Positions 32,461 through 45,106 of a stretch of DNA of 64,000 nt are shown one piece after another. The stretch's first letter is position 1. Every line of letters begins with the position of its first letter. A program made the position numbers and the translations under genes. The notes below the pieces were generated by a model. It ran no database searches, was not told where the DNA came from, and saw only the letters and a list, made by a program, of their open reading frames with translations. Source of the stretch: Octopus sinensis (Eukaryota); contig NC_043016.1 of assembly GCF_006345805.1 (NCBI RefSeq), positions 2,108,001 through 2,172,000 of the forward strand. The letters are read 5' to 3'.

Positions 32461-32914
32461 ATATAGATAGATGGATAGATAGATAGAGTGGAATTCATAA
32501 AAATTTTATTAATGCAAGGCAATAAATTCCATCACTGAAGTTGCAGAGAAGGCCACTAAATGCCTTTGTATAAACGAGGGTAGACTAGCGGTTTGCTGCT
32601 ATCAGGATGCATACTGGGGACTGACCAACCCCGGCTGGATCACTGAACCAAAGATCCCGCAACTACAAAAACATCAATGATGATGCATCCTAGAGCATCA
32701 TCCGTGAGTATCTTAAAACTAAATTATATAATCTTTTATATATGTTTCGAAGCACTTTCACAAAGCTATGATTAATACATTTTAAATATTGAGTTGAAAA
32801 GCCCTTCTAGACAGAAAAAAAATCAAAGGCTAACTATGAGACATGCCTGGAGACGATGCGGATACGAGCGGTTCTCAACCCAATATTTAAAGACTATTAT
32901 TTATAACTATCTGT

Positions 32915-33513
32915 AAGGCGGTGCGATGGCGGAATCGTTAGCATGTCGGGCAAAATGTTTAATGACATTTCGTTCGTCTATGTTTTCTAAATTCAAACTT
33001 TTCCAGCGTCGAGTTTAATTTACATTCTCTCCGGTAAAATAAACGCCAGTTGAGACCTGGGGTCGATGTAATCGACTTTCCTCCTCTCCCGAACATGCTA
33101 TTCTTGTTTCAAAATGTGAAACCACTACTTTTGAAGTTCATTAAAGTGACCAGCCAGCAAAATCGTTAGCATGCTATGCTAAAAAATACTTAGCAATATT
33201 TCGTCCGTCTTTACGGAGTTCAAATTCCTCCTGGATCGACTTTGATTTTCATCTTTTCAGGGTGGATAAAATATGGGCCAGCTAATCGATATAATCGATT
33301 TACCTCTCTACTGAAATTGCTGGCCTTGCACTAAAATTTGAAACCATTATTTATAGCTTTATGTGTATGCTTCAAGATATTCCTGAAAGAAATAAGCATA
33401 TATTTCTAAGTATGTGTGTGTATCATTATTTGATGATGCGTAGAGATGGCGAAACTTAGAGTCGTAATGAAATTAATAGTTAATATATTTGAATAAAGTT
33501 ATGTATGCGTGTG

Positions 33514-33560
<47 letters not shown>

Positions 33561-34200
33561 GTGAAGTCGAGTCACTTTCAGGTAAAACTGTGGGACTCGC
33601 AATGCTGATGAAGTAGGCTCAATTGTTGGACCGGGCAGTGTTGTGTCTCTGAGGGGAGCACTTTATTTTGCATTGCATCAGTCAGCTGTTGAAAATGAGT
33701 ACCGGCGAGAACATAGAACGAGGTGAAGCCGTGCCGTGGATTGATGTCTCGTTCGGGTTCTATATTTTCAATTGCTTAAATTCTATAGAGATGGGTATAC
33801 GCCCCAGCTTAATGAGTCTTTAGACCATAGGCAATATAAATGATGTGTGTGTGTGTGTGTGTATGTGTGTGTAGCCTAGTGGTTAGGCCACACACACTGA
33901 CGATCACGAGGTCATGGTTTCAATTCTTGGACCGGGCGATACATTGTGTTCTTCAGCAAAACACTTCATATCAAGCTGCTCTGCGATCGCTTCGACTTTT
34001 ATTTCTTTATTGCCCACAAGATATTTGTGCTGTACATTAGCTCAATCCTTCTATCATCCTTGCACCGTGTGCCATGTAACAAGAGTCGAAGGCTTTCATC
34101 CTTTCGGAGTTGATAAATTAAGTAGCAGTGAAATTCTGGAGGGGATGTAATCGACCAGTCCCCTACCCTAAAACTTCAGGCCTTGTGCCTATAATAGAAA
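32915..34200 (+). mobile_element. Cluster of degraded SINEs (32915-33123, 33140-33350, 33560-33760, 33865-34200)
   Basis: tRNA-like heads (tagcctagtggtt...ggtttcaattc) and the shared gcctttcatcctttcgg...gtcgatgtaatcgac domain. Confidence 0.65.
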
Positions 34201-34899
34201 GGATTATTTGAAGTGATGGGTTTCGTCCCTTGCTTCAAAGGCCCTGGTAAAAAAAATAGCAACATCATACCCAAAGTAGTAACGAGAACAGCAATATGTT
34301 GGATGCATTAGCAATAGCATTGACAGCACTACAGTAATTCCTCCTATGTTACCGCCATCGCCATTTATTATGTTAAAATGTGTGCAAATGCAACATTAAA
34401 TATTACTATCAGACTAGTTTATTACTGACAGCAACCGTAGTACTTCTACCGTCATTCCACCACCGCTGCTGCTACCACTATTCAAAATAACACTTTTACC
34501 ATCAATATGAACAAAGAAATGTTGTTCGCAAAACCCACATGTTCTTGGATTGAACATTCGCGTGCAGACAAACGAGAATTCAATCAGAAGCACAAAGACT
34601 TCATATCACAACTTCATAGCAAACAAATTGGGGGCGGAAGAAGGTAGTAAAAAGATTATTCACTTTGGCTTTATGAACAAAACTCAGCGGGTTTGATGGC
34701 TTCACTTCAGCGAAAAACTGGAAAGAAAAAATTTAGACTGTCCCGTTTCATAAAGCACACCAGAAAAAGGAAACAGAAACGTGTCTGAGAATAAAGTACC
34801 GAAAGGCAATTTGCCCGACATTCAAAAAAATATTCTGTTGCTGCTCCTGCTATAATCGTTGTTGTTGTTGTTGTTGTTAGGTGGTGGTGGTGGTGGTGG

Positions 34900-35180
34900 T
34901 TTCAAATTTTGCCCAGGGCCAGCAATTTTGGGAAGAGGAGCTGTCGATTACATCGACTCCAATGTTCAGCTGATAATTTATCGATCCCGAAAGGATGAAA
35001 GGCAAAGTCGACCTCAGCGGAATCTGAACTCGCCCGTCGCAACGATCTGAGTTCAGATTCCGCCGAGGTCGACTTTACCTTTCGGGATCGATAAAAATCA
35101 GTAGCAGTGAAACATTGGGGTCGAAGTAATCGACTAATCCCCTCCAACAGACTTCAGCTTTTGTGCCTTAAGTAGAAAGG
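34900..35180. mobile_element. Head-to-head inverted pair of SINE halves (fold-back)
   Basis: 34900-35031 is the reverse complement of ~35048-35180 across a ~17-nt spacer. Confidence 0.75.
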
Positions 35181-35251
<71 letters not shown>

Positions 35252-35270
35252 CCTCATTATCATCATTATT

Positions 35271-35482
35271 AAGGCAACGAGGTGGAGGAACCGTTATCAA
35301 ACCGGGCGAAATGCTTATCGATGTTTCGTCTGCCGCTACGTTCTTAGTTCAAATTCCGGCGTGGTCGACTTTGCCTTTGATCCTTTCTGAGTCGATAATT
35401 AAGTACCAGTTGCGTATTGGTGTCGATCTAATCGACTGGCTCCCTCCTCCGAAATTTCGGGCTTTGTGCCTAGAGTAGAAAT
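35271..35482 (+). mobile_element. SINE ending in an (ATT)n tail
   Basis: Head aaggcaacgag...gttcaaattcc, central domain, and end gtgcctagagtagaa running into (ATT)n. Confidence 0.75.
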
Positions 35483-35541
35483 TATTTTATTTTTGTTATT
35501 ATTATTATTATTATTGTTGTTGTTATTAATATTATTATTAA

Positions 35542-35605
<64 letters not shown>

Positions 35606-35606
35606 G

Positions 35607-35646
<40 letters not shown>

Positions 35647-35674
35647 CATTATTATTATCATTATTATTATTATT

Positions 35675-37067
35675 CTGTTTGACTTTTGCTTTATATTTGT
35701 ACAAGTTGGCGCCAAGTCTCACCCAGAGACCTCAAGAGACAACAGGTTGAAAGTTCATGTTGTTGTTATGCCTAGTATGCTATATATTTGGTTTTGTATT
35801 TAGTGTTGTACTGGTGAATGTCTAAAAAAAATCAACCAAATTTATGTTTGTTTTAAAACTTGAAATTAAATAGAAAGTATTTTGCGTAGGATATGAGCAG
35901 TTCTCATGAGCACTATCTTTTGAATTTCTGCCATTTTGGGGTTTCCTGGTATTTGAGTTAGGTAGCAATCAGCCCCTTTTGCTATCATTCCCAGGGCACC
36001 TATGACAACAGGTATTGTTTTAGTCTTCAGGTTCCACATTTTGCTGATTTCTATTTCAAGCTCTTTATATTTGCTCAGTCTCTGGTAGGTCTTGACAGAT
36101 ACGTTTATATATATTGGGACAGTCATATCAATGAGGAGGCATGTTCTTTGTTTGAAGTCTTTCAATATGATGTCTGGCCTATTTGCATCTATCTTTCTGT
36201 CAGTTTGAATGGTGAAGTTCCAGAGGAGTGAGATGTGGTCATTTTCAAGCACTGGAGGTGGTTTGTGTTCCCACCAGTTTGTTTTCATGGAGCAAATCCA
36301 GGTTTTTGCAGATTACCCAGTGAATATATTGTGTAGCTCTATCATGCCTGCTGAGATACTCTGTAGGCGCTAGAAGACTGCACTTGGAGACAATATAATA
36401 AATGGTTTCATTTTGTTGTTGACATTCACGACATGTTGGGCTACTGCCGTTCTTTAATATGTTGGGCTGGTAGGTCCTTGTTGGTAGGCATTGATCTTGA
36501 GCTGCTATGATAAACCTTTCTGTTTCAGATTTTAAGCCAGGGGCCATTAGCCATTGATGGGTCAGGGCTTTGTCAATATCTGCATTATTCGCTCTATTTG
36601 GATAGAGAGGTTTTTCTTGCCATTTATCATACAGAATATCTAAGGCAGCAGTTTTAGCACGGGTTTTCATGCGCTCAGCTTTTTCTGTGCATGTTTCTTG
36701 TATGTATAATTCCGAAATTTGTTGTATTCGGAATTCACTTAGATATTCCTTTGCATGTATGATGCTTTCTTGTTTTCATGTTTTGAGACAAGTTTTAACA
36801 TTCAGTCCTCAGAGGTTTTCAGGTAGGTCTCTAGGCCAATTGTAGCAATCTTCATTGTTATTGCCAGTTGTAAAAGTCCACGGCCTCCCTCTTTTCTTGG
36901 CAGATAAAGTCGTTCTATATCTGCCTTAGGGTGGTGCATTCTATGCATTGTCAACAGTTTTCGTATTTTTCTGTCAAGATTACATATTTCAGTAATTGAC
37001 CATTTAACGATATTGAAACTGTAAGTCACGACTGGTATGGCTAAAGCATTGATCGCTTCGATCCTTA
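35675..37067 (-). mobile_element. R4/Dong-type REL-endonuclease LINE, 5'-truncated, in (AAT)n
   Basis: CCHC-like CRECQQQNETIYYIVSKC; RHD motif; REL RPDIILKD...LIDMTVP...KY; flanked by (ATT)n on both sides. Confidence 0.9.
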
Positions 37068-37085
37068 TTATTATTATCGTTATTA

Positions 37086-37132
<47 letters not shown>

Positions 37133-37148
37133 CATTATTATTATTATT

Positions 37149-37188
<40 letters not shown>

Positions 37189-37259
37189 CATCATCATCAT
37201 CATCATCATCGTCATCATCGTCGTCGTCGTCGTCGTCGTCGTCCTCGTCGTCCTCGTCG

Positions 37260-37308
<49 letters not shown>

Positions 37309-37368
37309 GATTATTATTATTATTATTATTATATTATTATTATATTATTATTATTATTATTATTATTA

Positions 37369-37405
<37 letters not shown>

Positions 37406-37453
37406 TTATTATTATTATTATTATTATATATTATTATTATTATTATTATTATT

Positions 37454-37510
<57 letters not shown>

Positions 37511-37559
37511 GTCATCATCGTCGTCGTCGTCGTCGTCGTCGTCCTCGTCGTCCTCGTCG

Positions 37560-37605
<46 letters not shown>

Positions 37606-37606
37606 G

Positions 37607-37698
<92 letters not shown>

Positions 37699-37730
37699 TA
37701 TTATTATTATTATTATTATTATTATCATCG
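37068..37730. repeat. Compound (ATT)/(ATC)/(GTC)n microsatellite with a 300-bp higher-order duplication
   Basis: The block at 37201-37270 recurs identically at 37501-37570. Confidence 0.9.
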
Positions 37731-40700
37731 TCATTTACTTTTAATCTGCATGTTTGATGCAATCACCTGCCGGGGCACACCCAGCGCCCTAGGGCAAGTG
37801 AAGGTTAAGAGTTGTTGAAATATAGCTGAAAGCTTGGGGAGGGGAAGTAGAGAAATATCTCCATGTAATACAAACACAAACATTTACATTGATAGGGTTT
37901 TTCTAAGGATGTGGGCAGTACTTGTTAGCACAATCTTTTGGATTTCCTTGAGACATGGTTCTCCAGGGATATTTTCTAGGTGTTTCTGACATCCCTTTTT
38001 TATCATACCTAGGGCACCTACAATAACAGGAACATTTTTTGTTTTAAGATTCCACATCTTTTGTATTTCGATTTCCAGTTTGTCAAATTCCGTTACAGAT
38101 ATATTTTTATCAGTGGGGACGCTTACCTCTATTAGCCTGCAGGTATTTTCTTCCCTGTCTTTAACAATTATGTCTGGTATTTTTAGCCTTGATCGTTCTG
38201 TCAGTGTTGACTGGAAAATCCCAGAGGATGGTGACATTTTTACCTTCAACAACTGGCTGAGGATGGTGTTCATACCAGTTAGCAGCAGTGTCGGATTTGT
38301 AGTGTTTACATATCTTCCAATGTATATACTGTCCTACCCTATCGTGGCGATTTTTGTATTCGTTTGGTGTCAGCACAGGACATCCCGGAACGAGATGGTC
38401 TATTGTTTCGTCAAATGTGTCACAGAATCTGCATTTAGGGTCAGTACCGTTTCGGAGAACGTTAGCCTGGTAATTTCTGGTAAACAAGCTTTGATCTTGT
38501 GCTGCCATTATGAAGCCTTCAGTCTCTGCTTTCAATCCAGAACTCTTCAGCCACTGATGGGTTGTTGCTTGGTCTACATCACATTTTGGCTTCGGAGAAT
38601 GTATTGTCCATGCAGGGGCTTCTGGCTCCACCGCCTCTCAATTTGATTCTGCCCATTCTTTTTTGCAGTCTGCCTGATTCGCTTTGCTTGCTTGGTAGCA
38701 GTGGTTTCTGGCTCTTCACCTGATTCAAGGTTAATGCCTAGTTCCCTTTCGAACTTATAATCTTCCTTGACAATAGAATGCAGCTTTTTGCTGTTTTCGT
38801 GTTCACACACAAGTCGCAGCATCCAGTCTTTTGTACTAGATAGGTACCTGTTCATTCCTACAGTAGAGGTCTTATAGCACAGCTCCAATTGCATCATTTC
38901 TCTCCCCCCGCTGCTTCTAGGTAGGTACAAGCGGTCTACATCTGCCTTAGGGTGGTGCATGCTCCTGGATGTCAGTAACTTTCTTGTCTTCCTGTCCAAG
39001 CGTTGGAGTTCCGTAAGGTTCCAGTTAATGATGTTAAAACTGTACTGGACTACTGGAAGTGCCAGGGTGTTAATGGCCTCAATGCAATTTTTGGAGTTGA
39101 GTTCAGTCTTCAGTACAAGCCTTATTCTCCTATAGTACTCCTTTCTTTCTTTTTTCCTTCATATTAGCATGATGTATACCATCTCCTTCCTTGATTCCTA
39201 GGTATTTGTAACTTTCTTGTGGGTCAAGTTCCTTGATGGTAGTGTCAATATCTAATTTAACAGCAGCTGTTTGCCTGAGCTTGCCTCTTACAAAAGTTGC
39301 TTTAGCACACTTATCAAGGCCAAAATCCATTCCGATATCATTGCTAAACTCTTTAACAGTTGTTAGCAGCCCTTCTAGCTCTTGGTCATTCTTGGCAAAC
39401 AGCTTTAGATCGTCCATATAAAAAGGTGGTTTATTAACTTGCTAAAAACTTTGTACCCATATCTGGCACTATCCAATTTGTTTGAGAGTGGGATCAGTGC
39501 CATGCAAAAAAGTAATGGAGAGAGGGAGTCACCTTGAAAGATGCCTCGTTTGATGTTGATGCTGTTGGACTGGCTCATCCCATTACTATGGCTTAGAAAG
39601 AGACGTGTGTTCCACATGGTCATGCTATTCTCTAAGAATTTTGAGACGACAGGGGAGATCTTGTATATCTCAAGGGCCTTGAGTATCCATTTATGTGGGA
39701 CACTGTCATACGCTTTCCTGTAGTCTATCCATGCCATACTCAGGTTTTTGTTTTTGCTCCGGCAATTCTCTACAATCATTCTGTTTATGAGCAATTGGTC
39801 TTTGCACCCATAAGAGTTTCTTTTACAATCTTTTTGAGCTTGTGAAAGGATAGAATTTTGTTCAAGGAAAGCGTACATTCTCTCCGTTATTATGGATGTG
39901 AGGATTTTGTAGGTGGTGTTGAGACATGTTATTGGCCGGTAATTCTTTGGGTTTTTTGTGTCTTCGGTTTTAGGTAATAGGTAGGTGGTTCCTTCAGTCA
40001 GCCAATCAGGTATTTGCTCTGGGTTCTGAATGACATCAGACAGAGATGCAGCGAGATGTTCGTGTACCTCTGTCAAACAATTCAGCCAGAAGTTAGGGAT
40101 CCGATCTAGTCCTGGGGTTTTCCATTTATGAGCCTTCCTAAGGACACACCTTAGCTCCTCTATTCCTATTGCTTCCCATTTCTGTTCTTCAAGTTCATCC
40201 AGTCTCTCTTTCTCACGTTCTATCCAGTCAGCCTCAGCATTAAACTCTTTTTCGTTGCTCCATACCTTCTTCCAGAACTCCTCCACTTCCTCAATCTTAG
40301 GTGGATCTTCTATGTGTATTTTATTTTTGCCAATTTCCCTATAAAATTTCTTTGCATCTGTCTTAAAAAATTTATTTTGTCGATAAAATTTGTTTCTTTT
40401 GTCATACCTTCTAAGCCGTTGAGCTTTCAACTGTATCCGTTGTTTCAACAGTTCCTTAGTTGCAGGGAGGTTTATGAGATCTTTGATTTTATATTTTTGC
40501 TTGATTTTTCTAGCTTTTCTCGGCTTAATATTCACTCCTCTAGCAAGCTCATCGAGAACTGAAACATCCGCCCGCAGAGATTCAATCTCTTTTTGTATCG
40601 CTACTTTCCACTTAGGAGGTTCATTGACATGCCTGGCCTTTTTCTTTGTCATCTTAATACCTAGTTGGGTAGTTACTACTTTAGCAGTGGAATAAATGAG

Positions 40701-41860
40701 ATTATTTAAGGTTGTCAAATCATTCCCCTTATTTCTTAAGATCTGTCCTAGGGCAACGTTATATGTCATGATTGTGTTGTTATTTCTTGTGCCATTTGAA
40801 AACTTTGGTAGTGGTTCTCTATTAACCATGTCAGTGAGCTCAATCTTGCCGAGTTCTCTCATAATGTCCACTTTTGCTTCCATAATCTTTTCTCTATTAT
40901 CCACCTCAAATTCTATGTCATATCTATTTTGGTTTTCTTGAGGAAGGTCTACGTTCTCCTCTTTTTTCAAATCTCTCGTCTTCGCTATTCTTTGTTTAAC
41001 TTCCCCATTGGGAAGTTGATTTGCCGCTTGTACACTGGCTTCTGTGCTACTGTTACCTATTTCGTCTACATTGTTGCTGTTTTCTTTTGGTCTACCATGA
41101 GCTATTAGTGTCCTAATTGTGTCAATTTCAGCGTCAGTTAGTCTTTTGTTTTTAATTATATCTCTGCGTACATTACTTAATTTATTTGCGTCTATATATC
41201 TACGTACGTCATTGCCTACTGAATTTCTCCATGAGATGTATGTTTGTACACTGAGGTTATTGTTTGGGTTTAGTTGGGCTGTATAAAAAGCTTTCAATAC
41301 ATCTCTATAGTCCTCTCTGGTCCATTTTATACGTTTTGCTTTAGGTGGTGTTTTTGGTGGTGTCACTACAAGTCCAGAGTTAGAAGTATTCTGGTTCTGG
41401 TCACCTGGTAGATCGTCTTTTTGAGAGTTTGTTCCAGCAGCAAACTTTTCGATCCCAGTCTGGTTCCCTACTGGGTAACGCGGTCCTTGTTGTCCCGGGC
41501 GATGACCGATCCGGCATGATTTTTGGCTTGTTTTCATTAAATGATTGACGGCGACATCAGAGGGGTCCATTTTTTCAGAGTCAACTTTTTGACAAGACGC
41601 CGCTTCTGTGACGGTGACAGGGTCAATTTTTTGACAAAACACCACTTCTGAATTATCCGAATTAATATATTGTTCATATCGAACTCGCATAAGACTTACA
41701 GATCGAAATTCACCTCTATTTCTTTTGGTAGTCATGTTTCCGGGCATAACTGTTCAGTGACTTTCTAAATTCAGTGACCAATTTTCTCTTTTTTGCGTTT
41801 GTTCGTGAAAAATCGCTTTGTTTTTCTTTTGTTTTCGTCCGCGTAACGTGGTTTTTCTTT
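37731..41860 (-). mobile_element. R4/Dong-type LINE, near full length, single ORF (RT, CCHC, REL) with frameshifts
   Basis: 780-aa ORF 39405-41747 (KWTREDY, KTPGLDRIPNFWL, NYRPITCL, WIDYRKAYDSVPH, GIFQGDSLSPLLFC), continued by MDDLKLFA, HPKADVDRLY and CRFCDTFDETIDHLVPGC, then PDIIVKD...LIEVSVP. The 5' boundary is approximate. Confidence 0.93.
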
Positions 41861-42289
41861 CTGTGTGTACGTGTGAGCGCGTGTAAGCATTATTTATGCT
41901 TCATAATTAAAATGTGTACATGTATGCACAAACAGTTGCATGTACACTTTATAATTAAAATGTGTACGTGTATGCATAAACAGTTGCATGTATACTTATT
42001 TAATTAATTAATTAATTAATCAATTTATGTACTTACTGTCTTTCAAGAGCTCTGATGTTCGCTTCTATTTCTTATGCATGTCACATGGAAATATTATGCA
42101 TAAAAGAAAGAAAACCATACTATATATGGCAATAATAGTTCGGACTTTTTAGTTACTTTGCCTTAAAAGAAAATTTGGAAAAGATATTTTGTGGAACCTT
42201 TCTTCCATTGTAACGATGTTGTTGGATTAAATTCGTTTTTTGGAGAGAGGCTCCCAGGGAACATCCATGTTGTTATTCAGCCCGGAGCT

Positions 42290-42985
<696 letters not shown>

Positions 42986-42989
42986 GTTG

Positions 42990-43367
42990 TTGCTGCTACC
43001 TTTCATAATTTTGGGGTCGATAAAATAAGCACCAGTTGAGCACTGTAATCGATGCCATTGACTAGATCCCTCTTTCGAAAATGACTGGTCTTGTGCCAAA
43101 ATTTGAATTCATCACCATCATCATCATCCTCATTATCAGTAGCATTCGCGCTGGCAGAATCGTTAATGCATTTGTCGTTACACTCTGAGTTCAAATTCGT
43201 CAGTGGTCGACTGCCTTTCATCTTTTCGAGGTCGATAAAATAAGTAGCTCAATTTAGCACTGGGATCGATGTAATTGACATTAAAAAAACCACCCCCACC
43301 GAACTTGCTGGCTTTGGGCCAAAATCTGAAACCATTATCATTATCACTATAATTGTCGTTGTTGTTG

Positions 43368-43406
<39 letters not shown>

Positions 43407-43535
43407 CTGCTGCTGTTGTTACCTTCCATATTTTCAGGGTTCATAAAATAAGTACGAATTGAGCACCGTGGTCAATGCAATCGACTGGCCACCCCACCTC
43501 AGAAATTACTGATCCCGTGTCAAAATTTGAAACTA
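42990..43535 (+). mobile_element. Three tandem degraded SINE bodies separated by trinucleotide tails
   Basis: Each contains gtcgataaaataagtacc-like and gtgccaaaatttgaa-like segments. Confidence 0.65.
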
Positions 43536-43548
43536 TCATCATCATCAA

Positions 43549-43579
<31 letters not shown>

Positions 43580-43592
43580 AGCATCATCAACA

Positions 43593-43707
<115 letters not shown>

Positions 43708-43723
43708 CATTATTATTATTATT

Positions 43724-44212
43724 GAGCAGCACATGTCATCTAAGTAACACTGGGGTAAAATATACGAAGCCCAGTATACCCATCATGACTACCCGTCTGA
43801 TAAGGGTAAACTAGGTACATGCATCACAAACATATGTGCGCAACATGGTGATCTCATATTAAGATAAACAGCACATAACCTTCCAGGTGGGGTCCAGTTA
43901 GAATTTTCTTCTGGTCGAGTAACTCATCCTGCTCAAAAGGTCCCTGAATAAGGGTTGTTTAAGGATGTTGAAAGAAACACTCATGTTTCCAGAGGTGAAT
44001 TATTCAAACCCCAAAGAATCCCTCTCAACACATGGCTATGATGCTCCCCCACTACTTCTGCTCGTGTTCAGAGATGCACATATCATCAGCCACTAAGGGA
44101 CATGGTCAACTGGTTAAGGTCAAACAAATGACAAGCAAATCTGTGGTATTGAGCAGAATATTAGCTGTAGCCCATCTTTTAAATGTACATGATGACACTT
44201 CCCATCAAGGCA

Positions 44213-44214
<2 letters not shown>
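43724..44214 (-). mobile_element. Unclassified ~490-bp non-coding insert bounded by (ATT)n
   Basis: Complex non-coding sequence with (ATT)n on both sides. Strand is assumed from the polarity of neighbouring Dong copies. Confidence 0.4.
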
Positions 44215-44287
<73 letters not shown>

Positions 44288-44309
44288 ATTATTATTATTA
44301 TTATTATTA

Positions 44310-44350
<41 letters not shown>

Positions 44351-44353
<3 letters not shown>

Positions 44354-44790
44354 TAGTTTTATTTTTATAGCGTGCTTTCACTTCACTACCGAGCACAGCT
44401 CTGTGTGCCTTGGGTATGTGCTGTGATTTGTTGTGATGCTCTGATGGTTATTGTATGGAAAGTGTTCTGCGTAGGATGTGTGCAGTGCCTAGTAGTGCAA
44501 TTTTCTGTATGTTATATGTGTTTGTAAGTCCTGGTGTTTTTGTTATGTATTTGTCTGAATATTTTTTTATCATGCCTAATGCACCTACTATGATAGGAAT
44601 TGTTTCTGTTTTCAGATTCCACATTCTAGTCACCTCTATTTCCAGGTCTTTGTATTTTGAGAGTTTCTCCATTTCTTTTAGAGACACGTTGTCATCAGCC
44701 GGTATTGATACATCAATTAGAAAGCATTTTTTTCTTCATGATCTCTGACAACTTATCTGGTCTGTTGGCCTTAATTTCTCTATCTGTGTG
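44351..44790 (-). mobile_element. R4/Dong-type LINE 3' fragment
   Basis: KYKDLEIEVTRMWNLKTETIPIIVGALG; 3' UTR nearly identical to 45107 onward. Confidence 0.88.
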
Positions 44791-44806
44791 ATATTATTTA
44801 TTATTA

Positions 44807-44924
<118 letters not shown>

Positions 44925-45015
44925 CATCATTATTATTAATATTATTATTATTATTATTATTATCATCATCATTATTATTATTATTATTATTATCATTATT
45001 ATCATTATTATCATT

Positions 45016-45081
<66 letters not shown>

Positions 45082-45106
45082 TATTATTATTATTGTTATT
45101 ATTATT

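Noticed and set aside
41750-41900. HDV-like ribozyme at the Dong 5' end
   Set aside because: No nested double-pseudoknot pattern could be identified by eye.
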